Program-made: the position numbers and the translations under genes | DNA from: Pseudomonadota bacterium | GTDB lineage: Bacteria > Bdellovibrionota > FAC87 > UBA2466 | NCBI GenBank assembly: GCA_043767805.1 | Contig: JAYUGC010000157.1 | Coordinates: forward strand, 1 to 53,581 | Reading direction: 5' to 3' | Length of the DNA: 53,581 bases | In this document: positions 45,405 through 53,581 of the stretch, piece by piece | Layout of the letters: each line of letters begins with the position of its first letter | Position numbering within the stretch: position 1 is the stretch's first letter | Notes under the pieces: generated by a model | Told to the model about the DNA's origin: nothing | Database searches by the model: none | The model's input: only the letters and a program-made list of their open reading frames with translations

Positions 45405-46180
45405 TGATTACGCGCATGCTCGGCTTTTGCGGGGTGGTCACTTGCCTCTGGATCGTCTTCGAGTTCGAAGGAACGTCGGACGCCGTGGGCATTCTCCGCC
45501 TGTTTCACTGGCCCGCCATGGTGCTGACTGGCCTGGGTCCCGTGGCCTTAGTATTTCTCTGCTTTGACGCTGGCGAGGTTTTTAAAGCGTTCGGCATGGC
45601 GCTCTTCAAATCGCCCGGCCGGCTCAAAAAGAAAACGCAAAAAGAAGCGCTCTTCCTCCACGAGCTGGGTAAATCGTTCTATGACGGCGGTCAGCGCGCT
45701 TTCGACTCGGCCAAAGTGAAAGGCCTCACTCCTTTCGTGGAGAGAATCGTCGAACGGCTTTCGCTACGCATGCCCACCCCGGACATCCGCGATCTATCGA
45801 TGATCGATCAGGGTCGGCGCGAGGCGGAGCTGGTGCAAGCGGTCAACGTAATCAGCTCGGCCGTTCGCTTGACGCCTTCCATCGGCATGCTCGGGACCAT
45901 CATGGGCATGGTGCGCCTGCTTTCCACCTTGGAAGATCCGTCCAAGATCGGATCCAGCATGGGTCTCGCGCTTCTCACCACGTTCTACGGCCTTTTCTTT
46001 TCACTCGCTATCTGGACCCCGGTTCAGCAAAAGATTGAGCGCCTGCTCTCCATCGAGATGCACGGCTACGATCAGTCGCTTCGTTGGCTCGAGCTTCTGG
46101 AGAAGCGCAAGCCCACGTCCTACTTCGCCGATACGGCGGAGATTACCGACGATAAACCGAAGCAGAAGCGTGCGGCTTGA
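45404..46180 (+). CDS. motA: MotA/PomA-family stator subunit A
   Basis: Four-TM layout. TPSIGMLGTIMGMVRLLSTLEDPSKIGSSMGLALLTTFYG matches PomA/MotP TM3-TM4. Confidence 0.9.
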   Translation: MITRMLGFCGVVTCLWIVFEFEGTSDAVGILRLFHWPAMVLTGLGPVALVFLCFDAGEVFKAFGMALFKSPGRLKKKTQKEALFLHELGKSFYDGGQRAFDSAKVKGLTPFVERIVERLSLRMPTPDIRDLSMIDQGRREAELVQAVNVISSAVRLTPSIGMLGTIMGMVRLLSTLEDPSKIGSSMGLALLTTFYGLFFSLAIWTPVQQKIERLLSIEMHGYDQSLRWLELLEKRKPTSYFADTAEITDDKPKQKRAA

Positions 46181-46830
46181 TGCGCAGGTACCTTCGCAGA
46201 CGCCGCAAGGAAGAAAGCGGAGAATTTCTCTGGCTCGTCTCCCTAAGCGATTTGATGATTCTCCTCTTCATCTTTTTCGTAACCCTTTACAGCTTTGCCG
46301 CGAAGAAGATGAAGCAAACGGACATCATGAACATCCTCTCCGCCTTGGGAAACCGGCAGGTGAAGGATCCGGTCGGAGACATCCAAGGTAACGTCACGCA
46401 ATGGATCAAGAAGAGCGGTCTGGAGAATCAGATCGTGGTGAAGCGCAAGGACGGCGAGCTATTCGTCGAAGTTAAGGATCAGGTCTTCTTCACCAGCGGC
46501 AGGTTTCAGCTGCACGAGCAGGGAAAGAAGATTCTCTCTTCTCTGTCAAAGGCCTTGGGTAAGGTTCCCGCTCCCTATCGCATTGGCATCGAAGGCCATA
46601 CGGACGATACGCCGATTCATACCGGCTCCGTGAATAACAACTGGGACTTGTCCGCGAAGCGCGCGCTTTCCGTACTTGGCTCGCTCGAGCTTCCCGAAGA
46701 CGTCTCGAAACGTACCGTCATTCTCGCCTATGGGTCCAATCAGCCCCTCGTCGCCAACCGCGATAAGCAAGGGCGGCCCATTCCCGAAAATCAAAGCAAG
46801 AACCGCCGGGTCACTTTTAAGTTCTTTTAG
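46180..46830 (+). CDS. motB: MotB/PomB-family stator subunit B with OmpA-like peptidoglycan-binding domain
   Basis: TM WLVSLSDLMILLFIFFV with the conserved Asp; IEGHTDD, NWDLSAKRA and NRRV motifs. Confidence 0.92.
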   Translation: MRRYLRRRRKEESGEFLWLVSLSDLMILLFIFFVTLYSFAAKKMKQTDIMNILSALGNRQVKDPVGDIQGNVTQWIKKSGLENQIVVKRKDGELFVEVKDQVFFTSGRFQLHEQGKKILSSLSKALGKVPAPYRIGIEGHTDDTPIHTGSVNNNWDLSAKRALSVLGSLELPEDVSKRTVILAYGSNQPLVANRDKQGRPIPENQSKNRRVTFKFF

Positions 46831-46832
46831 GC

Positions 46833-46871
46833 AAAAAAAGCGGGGGAAGAAGCTTTCGCCCCGTCCCCCGC
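46833..46871 (-). terminator. Rho-independent terminator
   Basis: Minus strand reads GCGGGGGACGGGGC-GAAA-GCTTCTTCCCCCGC-TTTTTTT, between convergent genes. Confidence 0.8.
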
Positions 46872-46881
46872 CTAAAGAGAA

Positions 46882-47472
46882 TTACTTCGCTTTGTTGTAC
46901 GCGATTTCCATCGACTTGAACTCTTTGCCGTCCGTGTCTTTGGTCCACATGGAGTAGTTCATGTGCGTCTTGTCGGCGAAAACCCATTCCGCGCGGTAGG
47001 TGCGGGCTTTGTCGCCCGTCATCGGGCAGCTGAACTCGCCATTTTCCTTGATCGTCTTGCTGGCCGTATCGTAGGTGCCTTGGCCCTGCACCATTCCCGT
47101 GCCCATGCTGTCCATCCAGGTCGATTGGAAGGCTTGCTTCAAGTTGTCGAAACCGATGAAGCCCATGCCTTCAAAGGGCTTGCCCATGGCTTTGCCTTTG
47201 AATTCCTGCATGAGGAAACGGCCGCCGAGCACTTTCTTCATCGTACTGGTGCCCTTGGACTCTTCCGGCTTAGCTTCGGACGTCTGCCACATCTTCGAGG
47301 TGTAGTTCCATTTGCCGGCGAGATCGCCGAGCATTTTGTGGGACTCACCCGGGGTGGAGTATTGGGTCCAAGCCTTCATGGCTTCTTGCATCTTGGTGTC
47401 GCTGGTTTGGGGGGTGTCGGCCGCGAAAGCGGGGAGCGCGAAGAGCGTGAGAGCAATGAGTAACTTCGTCAT
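46882..47472 (-). CDS. Secreted DUF1579-like protein
   Basis: Signal peptide; TPGESHKML..LAGKW, LGGRFL, PFEGMG..GFDN and WMDSMGTG motifs. Confidence 0.85.
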   Translation of the reverse strand: MTKLLIALTLFALPAFAADTPQTSDTKMQEAMKAWTQYSTPGESHKMLGDLAGKWNYTSKMWQTSEAKPEESKGTSTMKKVLGGRFLMQEFKGKAMGKPFEGMGFIGFDNLKQAFQSTWMDSMGTGMVQGQGTYDTASKTIKENGEFSCPMTGDKARTYRAEWVFADKTHMNYSMWTKDTDGKEFKSMEIAYNKAK

Positions 47473-47620
47473 GGTTGAACTCCTTCAAAGGTTTAAACAG
47501 CGGCCGGAGTGTACCAATGCTTTGCGGGAAATTGTATTCGTTTCCGCGGAGATTCATGGGTGTCAGCGTCAAGAAGCTTGAATGTCGGCGAGCGAAGAGA
47601 GAACATAACTTCACTTCCTC

Positions 47621-48739
47621 ATGACTTCTCGTCGCCTTCTTTATTTGCAATACACAAATCCAGCGGGATATCCGCCCCTCGAGCATAGCTCCCGGATCTT
47701 GTCTCAGCGGGGCTGGAAGGTTCTCTTTCTCGGCGTTCAAATCAAAGGCGTCGAGTCTCTCGCTTTTCCGGAGGGTGAGGGCGTCAAAGTTCGCCTGCTA
47801 CCCCGGGTGCCAAAGGGCTTTTGGATCAGGGTTCACTATCTGGCCTTTATGATGTGGGCGCTTCTCCGGGGATTTTGGTTCCGTCCCCTCTGGATTTACG
47901 CCTCCGATCCCTGGAGCTGTCCCGCGGCGCTTCTCTTAAAGCGCTGGCTCGGGGCGCGCTTGCTCTACCACGAGCACGACTGCCCCAACGCAAACAATGG
48001 AGTCAGCGCGGCGCGAGCGGTAGTCGCGAAGGAGGCCGATGCGATCGTTTTGCCACAGACCGAAAGAGCGGCGCTTTTCGTCAAAGCGCTCTCTCCAAAA
48101 GCAACTCCTCTCGTCGTTTATAACTGTCCCCGGCTTTCCGAGATTCCTGCGAGCGAGACCCCGCGCGAGCCCTCCCGTTTGAGGATTCTTTTTCAGGGAA
48201 GTCTCGTACCGGCCCGCTTGCCTCTGTCCTTACTGACCGCTTTGGTGGGATTGCCCGCGGAGCTCTGGCTGCTGGGGTACGCGCCGAATGGGGCGGAAGA
48301 TTTTCCGGAAAAGCTCAAAAAGGAAGCGGAGCGTTTGGGGGTCGGCGATCAAGTTCGCTTCTTGGGAGCGAAGTCGCGCCATGAAATGCTGAAGATTACG
48401 GCCACGGCCGACGTTGGATTGGCACTACTGCCACTGGAAAGCCAAGACATCAATCAAAGGCACATGGTCGGCGCTTCCAATAAGGCCTTCGACCATCTCG
48501 CTTTTGGAGCTCCGCTGCTCGTATCCGACACGGCGGATTGGCGAGAGTGGTTCGTGAAGCCTCGCTACGCGCTCGCCTGCAATCCCGAAAAACCAGAAAC
48601 CTTAGCGGCGGCCCTCCAATGGTTCACTGAAAATCCTGAGGGCCGCGCCGAAATGGGCCGGCTCGGCAAGGCGCGCTGTTTGAAGGACTGGAACTATGAG
48701 TTTCAGTTCGCTCCCGTCGTAAAGATCCTGGAAAGCTGA
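47621..48739 (+). CDS. Glycosyltransferase family 4 (GT-B)
   Basis: YHEHD, VYNCP, VRFLG, ADVGL and SNKAFDHLAFGAPLLVSD motifs. Confidence 0.9.
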   Translation: MTSRRLLYLQYTNPAGYPPLEHSSRILSQRGWKVLFLGVQIKGVESLAFPEGEGVKVRLLPRVPKGFWIRVHYLAFMMWALLRGFWFRPLWIYASDPWSCPAALLLKRWLGARLLYHEHDCPNANNGVSAARAVVAKEADAIVLPQTERAALFVKALSPKATPLVVYNCPRLSEIPASETPREPSRLRILFQGSLVPARLPLSLLTALVGLPAELWLLGYAPNGAEDFPEKLKKEAERLGVGDQVRFLGAKSRHEMLKITATADVGLALLPLESQDINQRHMVGASNKAFDHLAFGAPLLVSDTADWREWFVKPRYALACNPEKPETLAAALQWFTENPEGRAEMGRLGKARCLKDWNYEFQFAPVVKILES

Positions 48740-48804
48740 CACCGGGCCCAGCCTTGGCTCGGCGGCGATTTCCAAAGCCAACGCCGCATGTTACCTAGAG
48801 CCCC

Positions 48805-50390
48805 ATGTGGTTTGTATATGCATTCTCCGCTTTCCTCGTCGCCGTTGCCCTGCACGATCTCTTTCAGAAAAAACACGCCATTCTCCGAAACTTTCCAGTG
48901 GTGGGGCACTTTCGTTACTGGCTCGAAAACCTGGGGCCGGAGCTTCGCCAGTACATCATCGCCAATAACCGCAAGGAACGCCCTTTCGATAGGGATCAGC
49001 GAAGCTGGATCTACGCCTCCGCAAAGAAAGAGAACGACTACGTCGGTTTCGGTACCGACGAGGAGCTGGAAACCTCTCCCAACTACATCATCATCAAGCA
49101 ATCCGCTTTTCCCTTGAGTGAGGTTTTGCCCTCCGAGCCGAATTACGATCCGACCTATCAGATTCCATGCGCAAAAATACTCGGCGGGTATCGCAAACGC
49201 CGCCTCGCCTTCCGGCCGAAATCTATCATCAATATTTCCGCGATGAGCTACGGGTCTTTGAGCGATCACGCCGTGCAGGCCATCAACTTAGGCTGCAAAC
49301 AGGCAAATGCTTTGCACAACACCGGGGAAGGTGGCGTGACTCGCTTTCACGCGCTCGGCGGCGATCTCATTTGGCAAATAGGGACGGGATATTTTGGCTG
49401 CCGGGACGAGAAGGGTGGATTCGATAAGGAACGCTTCAAAGACAAGATCGCTCGCTACCCCATTAGGGCCATCGAGATTAAATTGAGCCAGGGCGCGAAG
49501 CCCGGACTGGGTGGTGTGCTGCCCGCGGCGAAAGTGACGCCGGAGATTAGCGAGATCCGCGGTGTTCCCGTCGGCAAAGACTGTATCAGTCCAGCCCATC
49601 ATTCCGCATTTAGAAATGTCGATGAGCTTCTGGATTTCGCGGAGACCTCGCTGAGATGTCTGGCTTGCCCGTTGGCATCAAGTCAGCCATCGGACATCGC
49701 GCTTTCTGGAACGAGCTCGCGGTGCGGATGAGTAAGACGGGCCGCGTGCTGGACTTCATTACGGTCGACGGCGGCGAAGGAGGCACGGGCGCGGCTCCCC
49801 TCGTGTTTACGGATCACGTCTCACTCCCCTTCAAGATGGGCATGAGCCGCGTGTACCGCGAGATGGCCGAGAACGATCTGCACCAGAAGCTCGTTTTCAT
49901 CGGGTCCGGTAAGCTTGGGTTCCCCGAAGCTTCGTTATTCGGATTCGCGCTCGGCTGCGATTTAATCAATATCGCGCGAGAGGCGATGCTTTCCATTGGC
50001 TACATCCAAGCCCAGAAGTGCCAGACGAATCGTTGTCCCACGGGAGTCGCGACCCAAGACAAGTGGCTGATGCGCGGGCTAGACCCCGAGCTGAAGTCGG
50101 CGCGGCTAGCCAACTACTTGACGGTGCTTCGCAAAGAGATCCTGCGCCTCAGCCGGGCGTGTGGCGTCTCACACCCCGCCTTGGTGACAAGCGAGTGCAT
50201 CGAGATCATCAACGAGCGCTTTCAAGGGACATCCATCGGCGATCTCTTCGGGTATCGCGATGAATGGAGCGTGCCTTCGGAGAAGGATATCGCCGGCATC
50301 ACCGCCTTGATGGAGCATCCGCACGTCATCGCCAAGCCGCGAGGAGCGCCGGCCATCGAAGATACGGCGCCCGTCCCCCACCAGGAGTAG
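48805..50390 (+). pseudogene. FMN-binding glutamate synthase family protein, frameshifted near 49646
   Basis: AMSYGSLS, NTGEGG and IKLSQGAKPG lie in one frame; PVGIK, DFITVDGGEGGTGAAP and CPTG lie in another. Adding one C (ACC CTC) restores AETLAEMSGLPVGIK. Confidence 0.85.
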
Positions 50391-50519
50391 CCCATCGGGG
50401 CGGAGCGAGCCGCCCGGCAAATCGTCGAAGCCTGAGTTGAGGGCGGACTTTCTAAAACTGGAAATCAAAGCCGCTCGGCTTTGGCCAACGCGCTAGCGGT
50501 TGATAGGGCGGAGAGCTGA

Positions 50520-51065
50520 CTAGACCGCCCAGCGACGGATGCGATCGACGGAAACGCCATAAGCCAGGTGAAGCCCCAGCATACCGAGTTGTCGTCGCAC
50601 TGGAAGCTCGGCCGGCGTCTTGGCAAGCCGCGTGACCGGCAAGACAACCTCATCCGCCGCCACCCAGACGAGTGCGCCAAAGAGAGCGCCGGAAGCATGG
50701 CTCAAAGCGGGAAACTTTCTAACCAGGGCTCCATAGAGCGCGCCCGTTCCCGCGCCAAAGGCATAGTGTACGAGCGGTCCGGCGAGTTTCTTTTCTTTCT
50801 TGGTCAGGCGGTGACCGAAAATCCCTTCTGACGCGAGCGACGCCACCGTTACGGTTGTATCGTCTCGGAGACTGAGGCGTTTAGGAAACACGCGGAAGCT
50901 CGCTTTGCCTTCTTGGGGACTCAGCGTTTCGGGTGTTTGGCGGGCTCTTTCCGCGGACGATTTCGAGCGGTTGAGCAGGGCGCACATGAGCCAGCTGCCT
51001 ACGAGCCCTCCGGCCGCACCGGCTAACAAAGAACGGGAAAGCGAAGCGTCATTTTGAGCAGGCAT
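50520..51065 (-). CDS. DUF1440-like membrane protein
   Basis: GAAGGLVGSWLM, VHYAFGAGTGALYG, WVAADEVVLP and HLAYG motifs. Confidence 0.8.
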   Translation of the reverse strand: MPAQNDASLSRSLLAGAAGGLVGSWLMCALLNRSKSSAERARQTPETLSPQEGKASFRVFPKRLSLRDDTTVTVASLASEGIFGHRLTKKEKKLAGPLVHYAFGAGTGALYGALVRKFPALSHASGALFGALVWVAADEVVLPVTRLAKTPAELPVRRQLGMLGLHLAYGVSVDRIRRWAV

Positions 51066-51105
51066 CTTGAGAGAGAAGCTCTACAAGTCTCGTGCCAGCT
51101 GCGCT

Positions 51106-51483
51106 TTACGGCTTTCGATAAGCGGCGATGACGTCCAAGATGTCCTGACGAGCCTTCGCGCGGGCGGTCGCGTCCTTTTCGATCTTGGTGAAATACGCGT
51201 CCTCTATCTCGCCCATCTTCACGAAGCGAGGGGGCGCGCCGGCTGGGACTTGCTCGATGAAATCTTTTCCGCCGTCGAGCACGTCGTCCCAAGTCTCGCG
51301 CAAAAAGTCCCAATAGGGTTTGCGAGCGTCGGCCCACTGAACCGCTTCCGCGCATTCTTTTGTCGGTAGACGGACGAACCAGTTCTTGCCGATTTCTTTA
51401 GCGAGCGGGGTTTTGACTCCGGCCGTATCGAGGGTCTTTACATTGTCCTGACGTTCGAGCCAGCTTGCGCCGCCCTCCTCGAA
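51106..51483 (-). pseudogene. 5'-truncated remnant, DUF6607-like C-terminus
   Basis: The open frame SWLERQDNVK...LAKEIGKNWFVR...C.EA..W...YWDFLRETW has no start codon upstream of 51303 and begins right after the previous gene's stop. Confidence 0.5.
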
Positions 51484-51494
51484 ATTTAGAGATC

Positions 51495-52049
51495 TTACAG
51501 TACGCCGGTCACGCCAAGCATGGCGAGCACGACCATGGAAATTTTTACGGCGCAGCCCATGCAGGCCTTTCCGCCTTCCATCGCGAAGGTGTAACGCTTC
51601 GTCTTCGTTTGAACGTCAAAGCGAGGGGCCACGAAATGGTGCCCGTCCATGGAGGTTGCGGAGACGACGACGTTGAAAGGACTCCCATTCAACGTGCCCT
51701 GAATGAGGCCTTTGGCGGGATCGACCGCCGTGATTTCGATGGCGGCGCGAACGGAGCGGGAAAGACGGTCCAAGCTTTCGACCGTGCCGCCAATGCGCTT
51801 ACCGGTTTGCTTCAGCACGGCCGAGAAATCTTTACCGTGGGCACGGTGCACGAGCTGCATGCCGAACTCTTTTTCGAGCGGCGCGGCTTTCATCGAAAGG
51901 CCACCGACTTGGCCGGTGAGAGTGTGGTTGTCCCAAACGATATCGAGTTGCTGACCTTTGAGTCGGCCCGATTCGCCAGGTTCGTCGGCAACAGAGGGTG
52001 CGGTCGCAAGCAGCGCGGTGAATAGCAAGAATCCGAGAGCGTGTTTCAT
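51495..52049 (-). CDS. Secreted hypothetical protein with C-terminal CxxC, probably Fur-regulated
   Basis: GGGGA RBS; signal MKHALGFLLFTALLATAPSVA; KACMGC followed by a hydrophobic tail. Confidence 0.75.
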   Translation of the reverse strand: MKHALGFLLFTALLATAPSVADEPGESGRLKGQQLDIVWDNHTLTGQVGGLSMKAAPLEKEFGMQLVHRAHGKDFSAVLKQTGKRIGGTVESLDRLSRSVRAAIEITAVDPAKGLIQGTLNGSPFNVVVSATSMDGHHFVAPRFDVQTKTKRYTFAMEGGKACMGCAVKISMVVLAMLGVTGVL

Positions 52050-52084
52050 GGTGTGTTCCCCAACGGCCGGAATTGGCCAACTTC

Positions 52085-52103
52085 GATAATGATTCTCATT
52101 ATT
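52085..52103. promoter_or_regulatory. Fur box
   Basis: Minus strand AATAATGAGAATCATTATC is a 17/19 match to GATAATGATAATCATTATC, inside a 15-3-15 palindrome at 52078-52110. Confidence 0.8.
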
Positions 52104-52172
52104 GAAGTTGAGGGGAGTCGTCAAGGCGTGCTTTGTAATCGAAAGCCAAGTCGCCTAATTTAGGGTCTCGCC

Positions 52173-53033
52173 GTGAACTTTTCTGATTGGCTAAATCCTT
52201 TTCTGTCGCCGCCAGATTCTCCTTCTTGGAGGCTCGCTCCCTTTCCGGGTGGCGCGGATAGTTATGGCGAAAGCTATCGTTACGACGAGGTTTGGCCCTG
52301 GCCTACGGAAGCTTTGGAAGCTCAGAGCGAGGCGGTCGGCCGCTCTGGCGGAGTGCTGCTCGATTTGGGAGGCGGAACGGGAAACGTGGCCCGGGCTATG
52401 GTGAAGCGCGGTCACCGGGTTACGCTCGTCGATCGCTCGGAGCGGATGCTCGCGAGCGCCCGGGAGAAGAAGGCGGCGCTTACGCCCGAAGAGCAGAGCC
52501 GCTTCGCCATTGAAAAAGCCGATCTCGCCACCTTGGAAAGGTCGGACACCTTTCCGTGTATATTCGCTGTGGGATGCCCGACTACTTTTCTCGAAAGCGA
52601 AGGGGAGATTTTACGTTTTCTCCGCAAGGTCCATGGCTGGCTCGAGCCCGGCGGCTATTTCTATCTGGATTTTTTCAGCCTCCGCCATTGGGAGGCGTTC
52701 CCCGGATGGAAAGCGGCGAAGTGGCAGCCTTGGTTCGAAAAACAGACCACGAAGGGCCCCGTGCGGGCGTGGGTGAAAACTTATTCCGAGGCGGAAGCGG
52801 ATAGAGTCGTCTTCGAGTACTCGATGAGCACGCGGCGTTGGCCAATTCGGTTTTTTCACGACCTAGATCGAGTTTGTTTGTTTCCCGAAGCGAAATGGCG
52901 CGAGTTTCTGTCGTCCTCCGGCTTTACGGTGCACAAACAATTCGGAATTTGGGAACACGAGAGCTACCCCGACGAACTCCCCATTGGAAATGATATCAAT
53001 CTCATCACGCTGAAGGCTCAGCGAGCCAGCTGA
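52173..53033 (+). CDS. Class I SAM-dependent methyltransferase
   Basis: LLDLGGGTG (motif I), VTLVDRSERML and WLEPGGYFYLD motifs. Confidence 0.9.
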   Translation: MNFSDWLNPFLSPPDSPSWRLAPFPGGADSYGESYRYDEVWPWPTEALEAQSEAVGRSGGVLLDLGGGTGNVARAMVKRGHRVTLVDRSERMLASAREKKAALTPEEQSRFAIEKADLATLERSDTFPCIFAVGCPTTFLESEGEILRFLRKVHGWLEPGGYFYLDFFSLRHWEAFPGWKAAKWQPWFEKQTTKGPVRAWVKTYSEAEADRVVFEYSMSTRRWPIRFFHDLDRVCLFPEAKWREFLSSSGFTVHKQFGIWEHESYPDELPIGNDINLITLKAQRAS

Positions 53034-53108
53034 AGCTCAGTACCGGCTCCGAGACGCCCGAGGAAACCGACGATCTGGACTTCTCAACCGACGCCCGGCC
53101 CGCTCGTC

Positions 53109-53438
53109 AGAGCCCCTTTCGGAAGCTGGCGCTACCACGTCACGGCCATAGTCAAAGCTCTTGGGCCCGAAGGATGGTGGGCGATCGATACGAATTATAC
53201 GGAGGCGCTTCCGTACAAAACTTGGATTCAAAACATGCAGAACGTCTACGATCCCGATGGCAATGCGCTGCTGTTTGCGACTACGCCAAAACGGATCGGG
53301 CCGGATCCGAACTCGAAGTACTCACCGGAAGCGTTCTTCCTCCCGGAGTACAACGGCTACTTTCACGACTTACTCCAGATGTATCAGGGGCGATATCCGC
53401 CTCGCGGATTCTTCGGCCCCCAGAGCAGCTCCTACTAA
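53109..53438 (+). pseudogene. 5'-truncated remnant resembling the protein-glutamine glutaminase family
   Basis: In frame upstream of the 53235 ORF: GSWRYHVTAIVKALGPEGWWAIDTNY (W.YHV...ID, the His/Asp of the triad). No start codon or catalytic-Cys segment. Confidence 0.45.
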
Positions 53439-53467
53439 CCACCAAAAGGGACCGGCGCATTGGAGGC

Positions 53468-53518
53468 CTTCAGAGAAGCCAGGGCTTTCTCCGAAGAAAA
53501 AGCCTGGCTTCTCTGAAG
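53468..53518. terminator. Long hairpin (16-bp perfect inverted repeat), possible terminator
   Basis: CTTCAGAGAAGCCAGG (53468-53483) / CCTGGCTTCTCTGAAG (53503-53518); no U-tract. Confidence 0.45.
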
Positions 53519-53581
53519 CCGTACCCCCATTAAGCTGTCGCCACTAACCCTTCTGGCAACGTGGGAAGCCACTCGTGAAAG

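Noticed and set aside
45404..46830. Zorya (ZorAB) or TolQR/ExbBD/AglRQS interpretation of the MotA/MotB pair
   Set aside because: Subunit A lacks the long ZorA tail and has a PomA-like four-TM layout. Subunit B has an OmpA-like domain, unlike ExbD/TolR. No zorC/D/E is present, and a FliG-like partner is adjacent.
11764..46830. Idea that the FliFG-MotAB operon powers the Glt gliding complex
   Set aside because: The loci are over 20 kb apart with unrelated genes between them. GltG has a TonB-like architecture known to work with TolQR-type AglRQS channels. Nothing in the sequence links the two.
49640..49660. Programmed ribosomal frameshift in the glutamate-synthase-like gene
   Set aside because: No slippery heptamer or stimulatory structure is evident, and a cluster-ligand Cys is also mutated.
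51082..51097. Sigma-54-like site TGGCACGAGACTTGTA upstream of the DUF1440-like gene
   Set aside because: The -12 element is GT rather than GC and the implied leader would be only a few bases; too weak to call.

Overview
The window looks like Bdellovibrionota/Oligoflexia-type (deltaproteobacterial predator) DNA. That is an inference from its Glt gliding genes, TIGR02147-type regulators and many secreted hydrolases. From left to right it holds: (1) a more AT-rich island flanking the 3' end of tRNA-Pro(GGG), encoding a secreted protein with a cholera/pierisin-like ADP-ribosyltransferase domain; (2) the housekeeping block ilvE-thrS-infC-rpmI-rplT-pheS-pheT-merR-tRNA-Pro, with ihfA missing from its usual slot; (3) a compact gliding operon (gltA/B/H-like, gltC, gltD, gltE, gltF, gltG), whose GltG carries a 12x [D/E]RR insertion resembling c-di-GMP-binding Arg-rich repeats; (4) an accessory stretch of regulator-plus-secreted-protein cassettes (protease, LRR protein, serpin, metzincin), an OPT transporter, an adenylate cyclase-PilZ fusion and a sulfotransferase/GT-C fusion; (5) several decaying genes and a strong Fur box near the right end. 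The main candidate for an undescribed system is the translationally coupled five-gene operon at 42101-46830. It encodes an outer-membrane protein, a TPR protein, a natural FliF(RBM3)-FliG fusion, MotA and MotB, with no export gate, rod, hook, filament or FliM/N genes nearby. Rotor and stator show reciprocal loss of one torque charge pair, which suggests a stand-alone, probably Na+-driven, non-flagellar rotary motor. All family calls come from motif recognition and by-eye alignment; no database searches were run.
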